A stretch of 62,132 nucleotides of DNA, the filler included, from Choristocarpus tenellus KU-1152 (taxonomy: Eukaryota; Protista; Phaeophyceae): the NCBI GenBank assembly GCA_964200185.2. It is 11 parts of 11 records of this genome, joined end to end, with 100 filler letters (N's around TTAATTAATTAA, not from the genome) between each part and the next. Parts side by side here need not be neighbours in the genome. Positions count along the whole stretch, not along the records: positions 5,080 to 13,388 come from CAXNAD020004868.1; positions 13,489 to 19,037 come from CAXNAD020010453.1; positions 19,138 to 22,813 come from CAXNAD020018578.1; positions 22,914 to 25,954 come from CAXNAD020022744.1; 7 more parts are not named here. One strand, written 5' to 3'. Shown piece after piece: positions 12,854-25,215 of this stretch; the first letter of the stretch is position 1; every line of letters starts with the position of its first letter. The notes beneath the pieces are model-generated. The model had not been told where the DNA came from. It worked only from the letters and a program-made list of their open reading frames with translations, and did no database searches. The translations under genes were made by a program, and so were the position numbers.

Positions 12854-13038
12854 GACTCAAAGTATCTGGGGGGGGGGTGTCCATTTGGGTCAATTTTTTC
12901 ATGTCGCGATTTTTTTGGTCGATTTTTTTGGTCATTTGACGGCCTACATCGGACGGACAAGGTAAATGCACTTTTCCTGATTTTGATCCAAATGGATTCC
13001 CTGGTGTAGACCCCCACCCCCCCCAGGTACTTTGGGTC
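12854..13038 (-). mobile_element. MITE family B full copy
   Basis: GACTCAAAGTATCT...GGTACTTTGGGTC; AAA/AAA TSD. Confidence 0.88.
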
Positions 13039-13488
13039 AAATGTTAAGTTGTACGGTGTGTATCCTGCACGATCGATGCTGTTGTCTGTCTCATAAATAT
13101 CGGTCTCATCCTTAAATATTTAGCAGTCTGCATTTATGTCAGAGAAATATTACATCTACTGTCTTGTGTAGAGTAAAACATCTTAGAGAGAGAGGCTTCT
13201 GTGATTGCCTTCTAACAGCCGATCATCAAAATCGAGGATGGAGCATACTATGGAGGATGAGTTGGACCCAAAATGGTGCGCGAAAAGTGCCCATATGTTT
13301 TTTTTGTAAATGTTGCGGCACTTTTTTAGGGCCCCGCTACGAATGGGAATCCATGCCAAAGGTGGTAGTAGGACAGTGTGTGGGGGGTNNNNNNNNNNNN
13401 NNNNNNNNNNNNNNNNNNNNNNNNNNNNNNNNTTAATTAATTAANNNNNNNNNNNNNNNNNNNNNNNNNNNNNNNNNNNNNNNNNNNN

Positions 13489-13720
13489 AGACACCCTAGT
13501 GTAGACCCCCCCCCCCCTCCCAGTTACTTTGGGTCATAATCTTAATTAACCTAAGCATCATTGCTTGTTTCAGTAAGAACATTAATTAATCCCAATGTCG
13601 CCATTGAAGTAGCGGCTGTCCATTTGGGGCCCCTATTCCCATGTCGCGATTTTTGGGTGATTTGGTTGCATGCGTTGGATGAATAATGTAAGTGCACTTC
13701 TCGTGGTCAGGGTCCGAATG
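13489..13720 (-). mobile_element. MITE family B end (13489-13535) and internal fragment (13611-13720)
   Basis: Similarity to the other family B copies. Confidence 0.7.
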
Positions 13721-15386
13721 TGCATACCTGCATTACAGATCATGCCGCATTGTGTTACTTACTTAGAATACCGGATATCAGTAACATTCTTACTCGTTGA
13801 GCTATTGCACTCCGACCTTATGATTTCACTGTTGAACACAACTCTATTTCGTATTATCAAGTTTGAGGAACAGGGGAAATCCGGTGCTCCAATGCTGGCA
13901 CCAATCCGTCGTAGTGTACCCAACAGTACTCATCCATTTTACCACATTTGTTCAAAAGGAATATGAGGTGTCTGCATCTAACCTTGTCTAAGCAACTCCC
14001 GTCCAAAGTGTTCGTGAACCATTTACTAGTTCCACTAGTGTGTTCCTTCCAGTGGATCCAGGGCAATTGCGCAAGGACCAGAAATCCAAGTTCGGACTAA
14101 ATTTCAGAGTCCGTAAACGCAATTGATTGCTCGTACGAGAGTAGAACGTGTATTTTCGATTTTTGGTCCATTTGAGTTGTTACACTCCGATCAAGGTACT
14201 GAATTTGAAAGCAGTATTGTCATGCACAGAGAGTTGCAGCCTGTCTTGTTAAAGTATCCGACAGTTCATGCATGGATGGAAGAGATGAATACAGGAGTAC
14301 AACCGAATATTGTAGAGTGATTCTTTCCAAGCAGAGAGGGGGAACCTACAACCCCAAAACCATGTTTAATGGAATCAAATTCTATCCATCCGTTCGCATA
14401 CAAGAACGAATTTGGATTAACTAACTAATAATTCTTATACTCCGACTCTGCATATATATATATAGTGATATCCGTTAAAGTTGAAGGAGTCTATTCGAAC
14501 ATGTCTTCGAGTACAAGAAAACCAAAACCACACCTTATCAATTCTGTGTTAGAGAGAGTACATGCTACGTTGCATTCTATGCATGGTCAAAATATCTTAG
14601 AGGGTAGAGCCGTGTCCGTCTGGGGTCATAATCCATTGTTGTAATTTGATGTAATTTTGGCTATCATGTTTGTTAGAAAGTGTCAATATCCTTGTTTGGG
14701 ACACACCTTATCAGAACATACATTTTAGGTACTCGGAAACATTGCAGGGAAAAAAATGTCATTAAAAGCTTGTGGGAAGCCAGGGTCCAAACGAACACAA
14801 AGGACAAAACTCGTACCCTCTAGGATACTTTCACTTGCAAGCAATGTATATCTCGGTTTCCGAGGATAACTGGACATTGTTACCACTGTTCGAACAGTTT
14901 AGTACATAACACAGCTTTCAGTGCAAAGTTGCATGGAACCCGTTTTCCTTCTGTTTGGAAGACAAGCACGTTTACCTGTTGATATAATTCTTCGTCTAAC
15001 GGTGATTTAGATATTACTACTGAAAAGGACTCTCAGCAAATCAAGGATAATTTATAGCTTGCATTCAAGCTGACACACTGCAAACTTTATGAACACGTTC
15101 CTGATGTGCCAACCCAACGTCTCGCGTTCCCCGTTTTCGTACGTGGTTATCAAGTTATAGTCCGTAGACCACATGAGAGTACTGATGTTCCGAATCCAAA
15201 GTTACTTCACCATTGGAGGGGTCTGTATAAAGTACATCCGAAGGTATCACCTAACGTGTAAAGGGTCGTATTACCTGGAAACCCACGCCCATTTTCCGTT
15301 CATCTAGGTAGAATGAAAAGTTACTAACCTCTAGTTCAACCTCCCAAACCAGACTTGAATGAACTGGTCTATTTGTACCTGGGAAA
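13720..15386 (+). pseudogene. Ty3/Gypsy integrase remnant interrupted by a MITE
   Basis: rve-type motif FGPFELLHSDQGTEFES in ORF 14123-14320; GPY/F-like KLLHHWRGLYKV at ~15200; multiple stops. Confidence 0.7.
14584..14836 (+). mobile_element. MITE family A copy
   Basis: Slightly degenerate TIRs; GCA/GCA TSD. Confidence 0.85.
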
Positions 15387-15644
15387 GAGTGAAAGTATCT
15401 TAGAGGGTACTATTTTTGCCCTGTTTGTCCATTTGGGGCTTGGCTTCCCATGGTTCTTTTATGACATTTTGCTACTCCAAAATGTTTAGGAGTAGGTAAA
15501 GTGTGTATGTTATGAAAAGGTGTGTCCGGAACATGGATATCGACACTTCCTAACAAACACAATAGCCAAAATTGCGTCAAGATCGCAACATTGGATATTG
15601 GCCCCCAAATTGACGCGGCTCTACCCTCTAAGATACTTTGGCTC
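15387..15644 (-). mobile_element. MITE family A full copy
   Basis: GAGTGAAAGTATCTTAGAGGGTA...TACCCTCTAAGATACTTTGGCTC; AAA/AAA TSD. Confidence 0.88.
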
Positions 15645-16162
15645 AAAACCGTTACCATTGCCGGACGTTGACAATCAAAACTCTCAACCAGCTGTTGGCC
15701 AGTACACTATTTATAGCGTTGATGGACGTTGATGGATATAGGCGTGGTCTTGGTTCTGGTCGATGTTCGTCCACAAATATTACATACTGCCTTTGTCTTT
15801 GTGGCTATAGACCTTCTTGTGACCTTCACACAAAAGAGTAGAAGAGATCCCACAATCCCATGAAATGATTACAGCCTATCGTGTAGTATATGGATTCGAC
15901 AACCAGTAAAATATCATCCTACATAGTGTTGATCTGAGAATTCCTACATTTAACATATTCCTTTGTATATTCTGTAAATCATGCATTGCTGCTGTAATAG
16001 TGTAACCTGTCTCTTCAGCAAATAGTTTATTGTATGTATGTGCGGAAAGATCTTCGCCAATTTATTGCTTACTTGTGTGTTTGTTTGACTTGATTACTTG
16101 CGTGTCTTGGCGTGGATCTCGTGTTACCTACATATCACAGTCCCTTACATAGGTTGATCATC

Positions 16163-16590
16163 TGTTACAGGCGAATGGCGCGAGTATTTCTTCTCGCGTT
16201 CTAACAAGCGCGAGCAGTATACACGCGTGGGGAACCTTATAAGAGGAACTCCGATTTGCTAAAGATCGTAAGTGTAAGATCTGTTTTCAGATGTATCCAA
16301 CTTCTGTTTACCAAAAACAAAATAAAACGCAAATGATGATAAAAATAATAAAGAGCGCTGCTTAATAAGAACCCCTCTACTCAGTTATTTTCTTGATGAG
16401 AGAGGTACCCCCTGTTCTGCTGAGTTGACGTTCGACTAACCTGATGTGCGATGGACTCCTCTGGACTTTTGAAGTATCCTGAGAGGCTGGCGCGAGCATC
16501 AGAATTTCCTATAAGCTTGTGGATTGGAGCTATACATCCTGTGGAGGTAAGCTTCTGGAGCGTGCCGTAACATGGGGGTCCTACCGAGAC
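16163..16590 (+). mobile_element. LTR (16163-16572) followed by a tRNA-Pro-like PBS
   Basis: TGTTAC...GTAACA ends; next bases TGGGGGTCCTACCGAGA resemble a tRNA-Pro PBS; homologous to 26103-26589. Confidence 0.6.
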
Positions 16591-17429
16591 TTCCGCGTTG
16601 TAACGCATCTAGTCTAGACAAATCGTTTGTATGTAATTTTGTCACAGATGGCTACTATCTCTCGTTTTGCGAATATACTATTTAACTGATGTTAAAGAAA
16701 TTGGTGTTCCCAAGACTTGTGTATGTAAATGACTCGTCGATTAATTTCTTATTATGTAGAACAGGTTGTACATGAAGTAAGGAAGGTGCAAGGAAGGAGA
16801 GTGAAAAAACACAGCTCAAAGGGGGTTGTCGCCTTACCGTTCATATTATAATAGCACATCACTCATTATCTGTGTCACTTGCTACAACCTTCATGCGTCA
16901 CTCAAATAACACGTCAGTCACTTAACACGTTACTCATTCTTTGTGTTGTACTATAATAACCTGGATAATATTATCACGATTACTCAACAGAAAACTTTCC
17001 TATCAATTATCCTGTTATCGAAACATAATTCCAAGAACTGATTATTTATCCCACGAAATCTTTTACACATGAAAAAAGAGCATATTCTTAACAACTGGTA
17101 ACATATGTCATTTAACGACCAGCTCTGACTTGGAATCTCGTCTTTACCAGGTTTATCAACCCTTACAAATAAATTATACATACATGTTGGTGGCATTTAG
17201 ATAAATTAACAATACAATTTATTTATTTCTCAACTCTCCTCGTTTGCATGAGTGGACACATGTGGTAGTGAAGAGATCGTATCACGGGGCACATTAGCAC
17301 CTGTGTACTTAGAGGTGGCTGTTCATTATATCATGTCACGTTTTGCTTTGCTCAAGAATTCTGGCTTATTATTACTTATTTTTCTGTTCGCATCCCACCG
17401 ATTCTACTCCTCCTTCCCCATTGTAACAC

Positions 17430-17780
17430 CACTGGTGACCAACCAATGCGACTACTTCCTTCACTGATTTCCAATCATCCCAATGCGACCAATCTTCACA
17501 ACTGAGTTCCAGTCACCAGCCTATCCAGTGGCCAACCAGTGCAAACAGCCTTCACCCCTGAATTCCATTTACCAACCACATCCGATGACCAACTAGTGCG
17601 ACCAACTTCACCACTGACGTCCAGTCACCAACCAATGCGGGCAATTTCCGCGAATCCATCCACCTTCCTCCACACTACTTTCCACCACTTTTCGCTCACC
17701 CCACCATTCAACACCACTCAACCCTACCACACTTTCCACCACGTTCCCCTCCACCACACCACTCGACACCACTCAACAAT
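17430..17780 (+). repeat. Imperfect C/A-rich tandem repeat
   Basis: Recurrent caaccaatgcgacc...cttcaccactga motifs, then (ccac)n-like low complexity. Confidence 0.5.
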
Positions 17781-18069
17781 CATATAAGAACACCCCTTCA
17801 TCACCCACTTCAATACAATGTCTTTGAACTAGAAGACATATACCCCGCAAAACTTGACCTCCTCCCCTTTTCCCAGCATTCCAGTCGATCGTGAGCAATG
17901 GAAAGGATGGTTGTGTGGGAAAGGTTGCTCGGAGGTTGCGCCTTGTTCTAGTCCTGCTTGTTTGTCTCATCAACCTCAAGTTTAACCTTTTGTTCTGTCC
18001 CTTCTCTTCCTACCCCTTCTGCCTCCTAGCCACCCAGTACTTAACTCTTTGTCCAACTCTATATGTTCT

Positions 18070-18246
18070 GACCCAAACTATCCGAGGGGGGTGGGTCTTC
18101 ACCAGGGTGTCCATTTGGGTCAAAATCGGGAAAAGTGCATTTAAATTATCCATCCGACGTATGCAACCAAATCACTCAAAAAATCGCGATATGAAAAAAT
18201 GGAACCAAAATGGACAGCCGGCACCCTCCCTCGGATACTTTGAGCC
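18070..18246 (+). mobile_element. MITE family B full copy
   Basis: GACCCAAACTATCC...GGATACTTTGAGCC; TCT/TCT TSD. Confidence 0.88.
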
Positions 18247-19399
18247 TCTTTTTGCACTAATCAACACTCCCCTCCCCATACACCGTATATCCCAGAATTG
18301 TCCTGTCCACAAACTCAGATTAGATCATAAACGTCCACTTTTATGAAACGGATTTATTGATCATGACATAACTAACTGTGAAACAGATGGGAACAAGTCG
18401 ACAGGTTCTTCAGACTGAAGGGGAGTGGGAAGACCCACAGGAGGCAAGAAAATGGAGAGAGACAAGGCAAGATGGAGATCAATCCCCCAGAAGATCACTC
18501 AGGAAGAGTGAACAAGTGAAAAGTGAAAGAAGGGGGTTTGCAAGGTCCCCTCAAATCGCCCGCTACTCACTTCAAGCAGATGTTAACTTCAACATGCAAA
18601 AACAGGTGCAATATGAACAACATATTCTTCAAGGTAGGTTACCTTAAGGTATACCTTCTTTGGAAGATGGCTGTCACATAACCCTATTAAATACAAAGAT
18701 TAAAACCTACCACCAGAAAAAAGACGGAGACTTCAGACGAGTCACACTTGTTCGTTGTTTTTCAAGTGGCATAGACCCCCTGACATAATGTAATGACTCT
18801 ACAGTCACCTCGTATCGTTTTGGAGAGTTGAGCCACCAAGATCTTACGTCTAAGTTGTCCGCTTGGAATATTGCAGTCGTCGTGAGCAATATTCCAATCA
18901 ATGTCAGAATGTGAGGAAGGAGAATAGGTCCACACATTGATCTCGTCGTCTACTATTTTGGTATTGATCATGTACACGGGCTTGTGTTTTCACGCAACGA
19001 ACAGCCTCTCGTCAAAATTGAGGATGGAGCATTTAATNNNNNNNNNNNNNNNNNNNNNNNNNNNNNNNNNNNNNNNNNNNNTTAATTAATTAANNNNNNN
19101 NNNNNNNNNNNNNNNNNNNNNNNNNNNNNNNNNNNNNGAGACCTTGTTCTCCACTACAGCAACACCAACATCCACCACATAGACAATGCCATAGCATAAA
19201 GAGACACCATTGATTGCTTCACACAGACAATGCCGCACAATTGCCATTTGGGGGGGGGACCAACCAAGGCAGCCAGTCAACCTATTACTACTAATTGAAC
19301 AGTTAAGATTCGCAACAAGAAATACATTGGGAAATACCATTCACTTGAAATATAATATGGGACATGGAAAAAAAAAAAAAAACACTCTCCTCTCCCTCA

Positions 19400-21140
19400 C
19401 TCCCTCAATCTCTCACACCCCCGCATAGATCTCTTTGATACCAGAGAAGGTGCACTAGGAGTCACAGGAGAGGATACAAACATGGATGTACAACACCACA
19501 TAACACTCATGCACATGTCTGTGCAAATGCACTACCTAAACAGACTGAGAAAACGGCAATTACAAATAGGAACCCTCACCAAAAGCAAAACAAAGGAAGC
19601 TGGCTTACCAAATGCTTTCCTTGATTGTTGGAAGCGCCACTGTCTTTGTGGAATGACTAAACAACTCAACAAGGGCACAACTGGAGGGCAATCTCATCCC
19701 TCCTTTCAGCAGATAATTCCAGCCTAGTCCTAACTATCAAGAAGCAACAAAGCCAAGGCAAGGCTCTACCTCTAGATAGAACAGCATACTAGGCAGGGAC
19801 AAAACAAACATTAACAAAGCAACAAGAGGAGAACAAACACAAGAACATCGATATTTTTTTGTCATTCTCAAAAGAGCACATATGACAATAGAAATATGCC
19901 AAAACAAAAAAAACACAAAAGGCCAACGCCAGGCAGATCAATTACTCCGCCTGCTGAAAAGATGGACTCAGCAAACATATCTTCACAAGGTGCAATGTAG
20001 GATGCCACCTTGCAGAACCGTACTACAGCTTTGAGAGCAGTACCAGCTATTCAAAAGCAACCTCAAGTACAAGCTTTTCTTCGTTTCACCCCTTGGAATC
20101 AGGGCGAGAGAGCTGGCGGCGTTGAAGAGTATCTGCCCTGTGGGCCGCTATGAAAGCAGCCACAGAGTCAGCATTTACCACAGTACTGGGTCCCTCAGTA
20201 GGGAAGAAGTACGAAGCATTGCTAGGAAGGTCCACGATGACCATCTGAGGAACAAAAACAAACACAAACACGGAAGCAACATTTTCGCACCAACAAGGAA
20301 AAAATAAAAATGAGACGAGGCATTTGAACCTACACGTTGAAGCAGATAACTCTGATACAGATTCTTTGAAAACTTGGCTACAAAAGTGCTACTTCTGTCC
20401 TCAAATTAAGATCCGTAGGTGTTTCAGCCCATTGGGGCAGTTGATTATTACACTATTGATTGGGTTGCACATTCCCTGCACACTCCAAACATCCTGGACC
20501 AAGCGCCACACCATCACATTGCATGGAAGCCTTCTAGCATGAGCTCTCCCAGATCTTATTTTCCCGTCCTTCCTTAGATGAGGCAATCTGTGGTGGGTTG
20601 TCCTCCTTCTCGAGCACGATCAAGTCCAAGATTACCTGCGGGGACGTCTAAACCTTCCCCAGTATTTCAGCGAGACTGCATGGATCCCCAACCGCCCAAA
20701 CAATGCACTCCTGATTGGGATAGCATTCACAGCCTCCTGAAGCTTCATCCAGATTGATGCCTTTGCGACCACATTTCCCATTCCGAAGCAACCCAATGGC
20801 AGGATCAAGGATGCCCCGATCTTCCTGCACCTCGAATCACTTCCATATCCTGACGACACTCATCCAGGAGATGCTCAACACGCCAGCAACTTGTATCAAG
20901 TCCCCTTTGGCCAGAACAACATTTCAGGTGCCTGCAAAGAGATACATGATCGCAGTCCTTCTCTCTGATGTCCTTGGGTTCTTCCTCTTGTTTCTACTAG
21001 CGACTCTTTCTTTTGTCAGAAACGGTCTCAAGGTGGACGGAATACCTTCCTCCAGAGCTTTCAAATATCGAGGTCTGTTTGCCCCCCTCTTAGAGCTCTG
21101 GATTGGAGGGTACCCCACCCAATATCCGATGATCAAAAAA
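19400..21140 (-). pseudogene. Possible non-LTR (LINE) retrotransposon remnant, APE endonuclease region
   Basis: FAGT*NV resembles the APE start motif (ATWNV); many stops and frameshifts. Confidence 0.3.
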
Positions 21141-23359
21141 GTGCGTGAATCGATTAATCACAGGTCTCGACTATTCCAACAGAAAAAAAAAACTCTTCAA
21201 CAAAATCATTATATGAAAGGGGTTGGAACAAATGAGATCTCTCATATAAACTCGACAATTTTCTCAACGGAAACGTAGCAAAAAAAAATTAAAACCTTGC
21301 GAAAAAAAAAGAAAAGATTTGTCACTCTTACTACAAATTGCAACAAAAATGTAATGAAGTAATAAAATAAAAATCATCACCATTACGTCACGATCACTTG
21401 AATAGCAAACAAATCAATGCTCTCACAAAAAAAAACAAAGACCCCAGCAGATTTGAATACACCTACTTCCACAGTTGTCAAAGTTTTCTGGGTCACTTGG
21501 TACACAAAATGGTCGGGCAGACAGGAGGAGAAGACACCTTCCGGTCAACAAAAAACACTGAGTAAGCTACACCTGTGCCTTATATCCGCAGCCAGCGACA
21601 GTTACATACTACAACAGAATAAAATCCCACAGAAAAAAAGAAAAAATAATACGATCAGGTGTAGAGCAGTAACTACAAGCGAAGATTCTTGATGATTAGA
21701 ACCAAAACTTCAGAACAATATGCCAATAAGAACATACATGCACACAAGGAGGCAAAGAAGGCTCAGACGACTCATGGCAGTCAACGCTCAAAATTATTCC
21801 CTTTCTATCGCCTCGGTCAAACTCCTCCACCTCATGTAAGCCCCCCCCCCCCACAGCATTGCTCTTCATCCCTAACACCACTCACTATCAACACCCCTGA
21901 TAGAGACAGACATATAGGAGCATCATTCTTCTTGGGGAGTGAGCTAGACTCGTGCATCCAGAACGTGCGTTCCAAGACGACGACAAACACCATACTTTTG
22001 CCTCACTACAAAATGTGGTTAAAATTGACAGCCAAACACACATAGCCAGTACATGCAATAAAGTACATTACAACACTCCGAATTCACAGCAAAGGGGTTC
22101 ACACCTTTTCAAGTCCCGCCCCCCTTGCATGTGGTCAAGATTTTTCGCCTGAACGGAAACAAATAGCCCCAAGTATAGATATACATAGATCCAAATACAT
22201 ATTTTCAAACTGTGATAATCAAAATAAAACCTGCCCTCCCACTTGAGCTGAAGTAATGCTAGGCATTGATGGTATCATTTTAAGGTATCATTATAAGGAT
22301 GCTGACAAAAAAGGGTACAAAATTCTCCTCTTTTTTTCTTTTTTACAATTGCACGTAGAGGCTTTTCAGAATTCTGTTGAAAATTTTGATCACAGTATAG
22401 AAATCAACACTCTCTAGTCAATTCTAGCACACATGCACATAGACAATAAATGAGAGTGAATAGCAAGAGACAAAAAAAAAAAATGTCTTCAAATGAGAAA
22501 AACGACAAAAACCCGGGTATATCTTGTATACTCTTCACTCACATCATACAACACAGGGTAGGGGGAAGAATCAACTCAGGAATTTTCTTTCTTCAACCGA
22601 CTCATTTTCTTTTATTTTTGTTTTTCACAAAGAACAATATTTATTTAAAACTACCACTCACGGTACAAAGCAGAGACAATGCTCACATTCACCTTGTACC
22701 TGCCCTCGCAGGAAGAGAGTCTCTCCTTAAAAGGGGGAGGGGAAGGGGATAGTTGAGGTTTGTGCTCACAAGAGGTCCCCTCTCGACGCCTATCCTCCTC
22801 CCCCCCCCCCCCCNNNNNNNNNNNNNNNNNNNNNNNNNNNNNNNNNNNNNNNNNNNNTTAATTAATTAANNNNNNNNNNNNNNNNNNNNNNNNNNNNNNN
22901 NNNNNNNNNNNNNATATATATAATATTTTTTGGTAGACTGGAGAGAGGGGGGGGGGGGGGGGGGGGGGAGGGGGGGGGGGGCTTGTGGCCTACCACTGTT
23001 ACAAAACAAAAACAAGTACACTCAAAAATAAAATACTTCAGAAGTAGTCAGTTCAATAGCTGTATCCAATCTATTAATCATAGCACTACACTCTCTCTCT
23101 CTCTCTCTGCCTAACAAAGTCTGACCTAAGCCCCAAAAATTGAAGCCTTTGCTCGGAGAGTGTGTATCACCGATAGCAAGAGAAACTGGGTCTGAAATTT
23201 CTATGAAATTTCTATGAAATTTCTATGGTCAATTTGAATTAGGCCAACAAAGACCCACACAACATAATCTTACTTATAATAACAACATACAATAACAATA
23301 AATAATAATAATAATAATAATAATAACAACAACAACAACAAACAACACATGCGTGCCCT

Positions 23360-23894
23360 ATCAGTCCACATCCACAACATTTCAACAGCAACCATCACAT
23401 CAAAATAATCTTTCTCAAATGTCCACACCCCATGCCTCCCTCCCTCCCCTCCCCCCCACAACAGCTCACATCCCACGACAAAAGGAGCGCACCTCTCTCC
23501 CCTCACATCTTCTTCTTCCTCCTCCTCCCCACCACCCCCCGCTGCAAACTTATCGAAGTCACCCATTGCAACCCTTGCCCTCTTCCGTCCCTTCCCACTC
23601 CCAGTCTCCTCATCCTCCCCCTTTCCGCCGCCGCCAGCAGTGACCCCAAACCCTCCTGACCCCTGCACGCCTCCGGCCCTTCCTCCAACTCCTCTCGCTT
23701 TGGCCTTTCCTACCTTGTTATTTGAGTCCTCCTCATCATCATTACCACAACCATCATCATCACCATTCCCTTCTTGCCCAGTTTGGGTTTGTCTCAGTGA
23801 AGGAAGGGAATTGACTTCGGCTGCGATGTTGTTATCTCCAGGTCCATCGCCCAGGGATGATGATGACGCAAAGTTCATGTCCGGCAAAACTGTC
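23360..23894 (-). CDS. Probable internal exon of a host gene, possibly a METTL21/Methyltransf_16-like methyltransferase with an acidic/Gly-rich insert
   Basis: Polypyrimidine + gctgcag acceptor; open frame ending CELLWG...FDVMVAVEMLW, similar to the LxWG...FDxI motif; donor not certain. Confidence 0.4.
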
Positions 23895-23936
23895 TGCAGC
23901 AACAGAAAGAAGCAGAGCACCAGCAAGATGAGAGCG

Positions 23937-23990
23937 TTGGGGTGAGGGTTGGGGTGAGGGTTAGGGTAAGGGTGAGGGTTGGGGTTAGGG
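23937..23990 (+). repeat. Degenerate TTAGGG-like hexamer array
   Basis: ttgggg tgaggg ttgggg tgaggg ttaggg taaggg tgaggg ttgggg ttaggg. Confidence 0.75.
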
Positions 23991-24267
23991 CTATAATACT
24001 ACAAGTACTATTATTATTATTGATATTTTCTTCACATTGGTCTGAAGGAACCGTGAAAGGTATATGGTAGTGTACTCTACATGGTAGTGTACTCTACATG
24101 GTAGTGTAGAGTAGAGGGGGGGAAAGTTAGGACTTCACCCAAGGTAGTGCCGGTGGTGGTAAATAAAATGAAAAGGTTACTACTATTGGTTGTTGATGCT
24201 ACTACTACAGTATTCTTTATTATTATTATCATTAGCTATTTATTATTTCAATAGTTAATAGTACTAC

Positions 24268-24513
24268 AGGTGTATTCATAGTATTGTATAAAGCAGTTTT
24301 TATTATATCTAAATGTTCTTTTTTTATCATAACTTGTTTATATTCAGTTTTGCCTTTGGCTATTCTTGGAGTAAAGAGTTTGCCATCAGAAGCAATAGCT
24401 GCCACAAGTCCTGCAAGTTGAATAGGGGTGCATAATAAGAATCCTTGACCTATAGATAAGTTTAGAGTATCTCCTAATCTCCAGCTGCTGCCATAAGCTT
24501 TTTTCTTCCAGTT
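24268..24513 (-). pseudogene. mrdA: Penicillin-binding protein 2 transpeptidase-domain fragment, Rickettsiales-like
   Basis: Manual translation (absent from the ORF track): NWKKKAYGSSWRLGDTLNLSIGQGFLLCTPIQLAGLVAAIASDGKLFTPRIAKGKTEYKQVMIKKEHLDIIKTALYNTMNTP; the W..GDTLN.SIGQG...TP.QLA signature is typical of PBP2. Confidence 0.85.
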
Positions 24514-24560
24514 TTATTAAATGTTATTCTGCTAGTCAGATTAATTAGCTCAAATAACAT

Positions 24561-24910
24561 ATGCTCTCCCCAAAGAAAAAACCATTTAGTAATTCCAGAA
24601 AACACTCTAAATTTAAAATCATCAATTGGCCAAAGTACAATAATATTCTACGTAATAGAGGTCGTATAGATTTTATGATCTCAAAGAATTTAGGAGAGAA
24701 TTGGTATGAACAAAACAACAATGATAAAAAATCCCGGAGGTCGAATAAGATATAGTGATCAAGCTATTCTTGTATGCTTGCAAATTAGATGTTTGTTTAA
24801 ACTAAAACTAGGACAATCCCAAGGATTCATTAACTGGATATTTGAGATATCAGGTTTACAAATAACTTGTCCAGATTATACCACTTTAAGTAGACGTGGT
24901 AAGAGTTTAG
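24561..24910 (+). mobile_element. IS5-family (IS903-group) transposase N-terminal fragment, frameshifted and truncated
   Basis: KFKIINWPKYNNILRNRG + GGRIRYSDQAI...LFKLKLGQSQGF...CPDYTTLSRR; frameshift at the A-run near 24725. Confidence 0.88.
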
Positions 24911-25215
24911 ACGTAAATGATTAGTTGATTATAGGATTTGGTAGTTACCGTCTCTTTATGCTTAAACCCTCTTTGGATAAGACCTAGCTTTTCTAATTTA
25001 ACGATTTTTCTACGGATTGTTTCAGTGGAACATCCATGTAATTCAGAGAGTTTTTTATAAGAAAAATAAATGCCTTTGGTTTTAAGCTTTTTTATAGCTA
25101 TAACATTACCATCTACATCCTTTATCTTATTTGGAGTATACCAAGAACGAAGAGTGTCGTAATATATATTAATTGCTAAATAATCAGGGCTTCCATTATC
25201 ATTTGTGACGATGTT
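24907..25215 (-). pseudogene. Fragment of a Rickettsiales plasmid-type DnaA-like/HTH replication initiator
   Basis: DNGSPDYLAINIYYDTLRSWYTP...GIYFSYKKLSELHGCSTETIRRKIVKLEKLGLIQR (winged HTH); AT-rich; no own start; ends at the IS junction. Confidence 0.7.

Noticed and set aside
16980-17240. AT-rich tract as a plastid or bacterial fragment
   Set aside because: No recognisable motif in the frames translated; cannot be supported without a search
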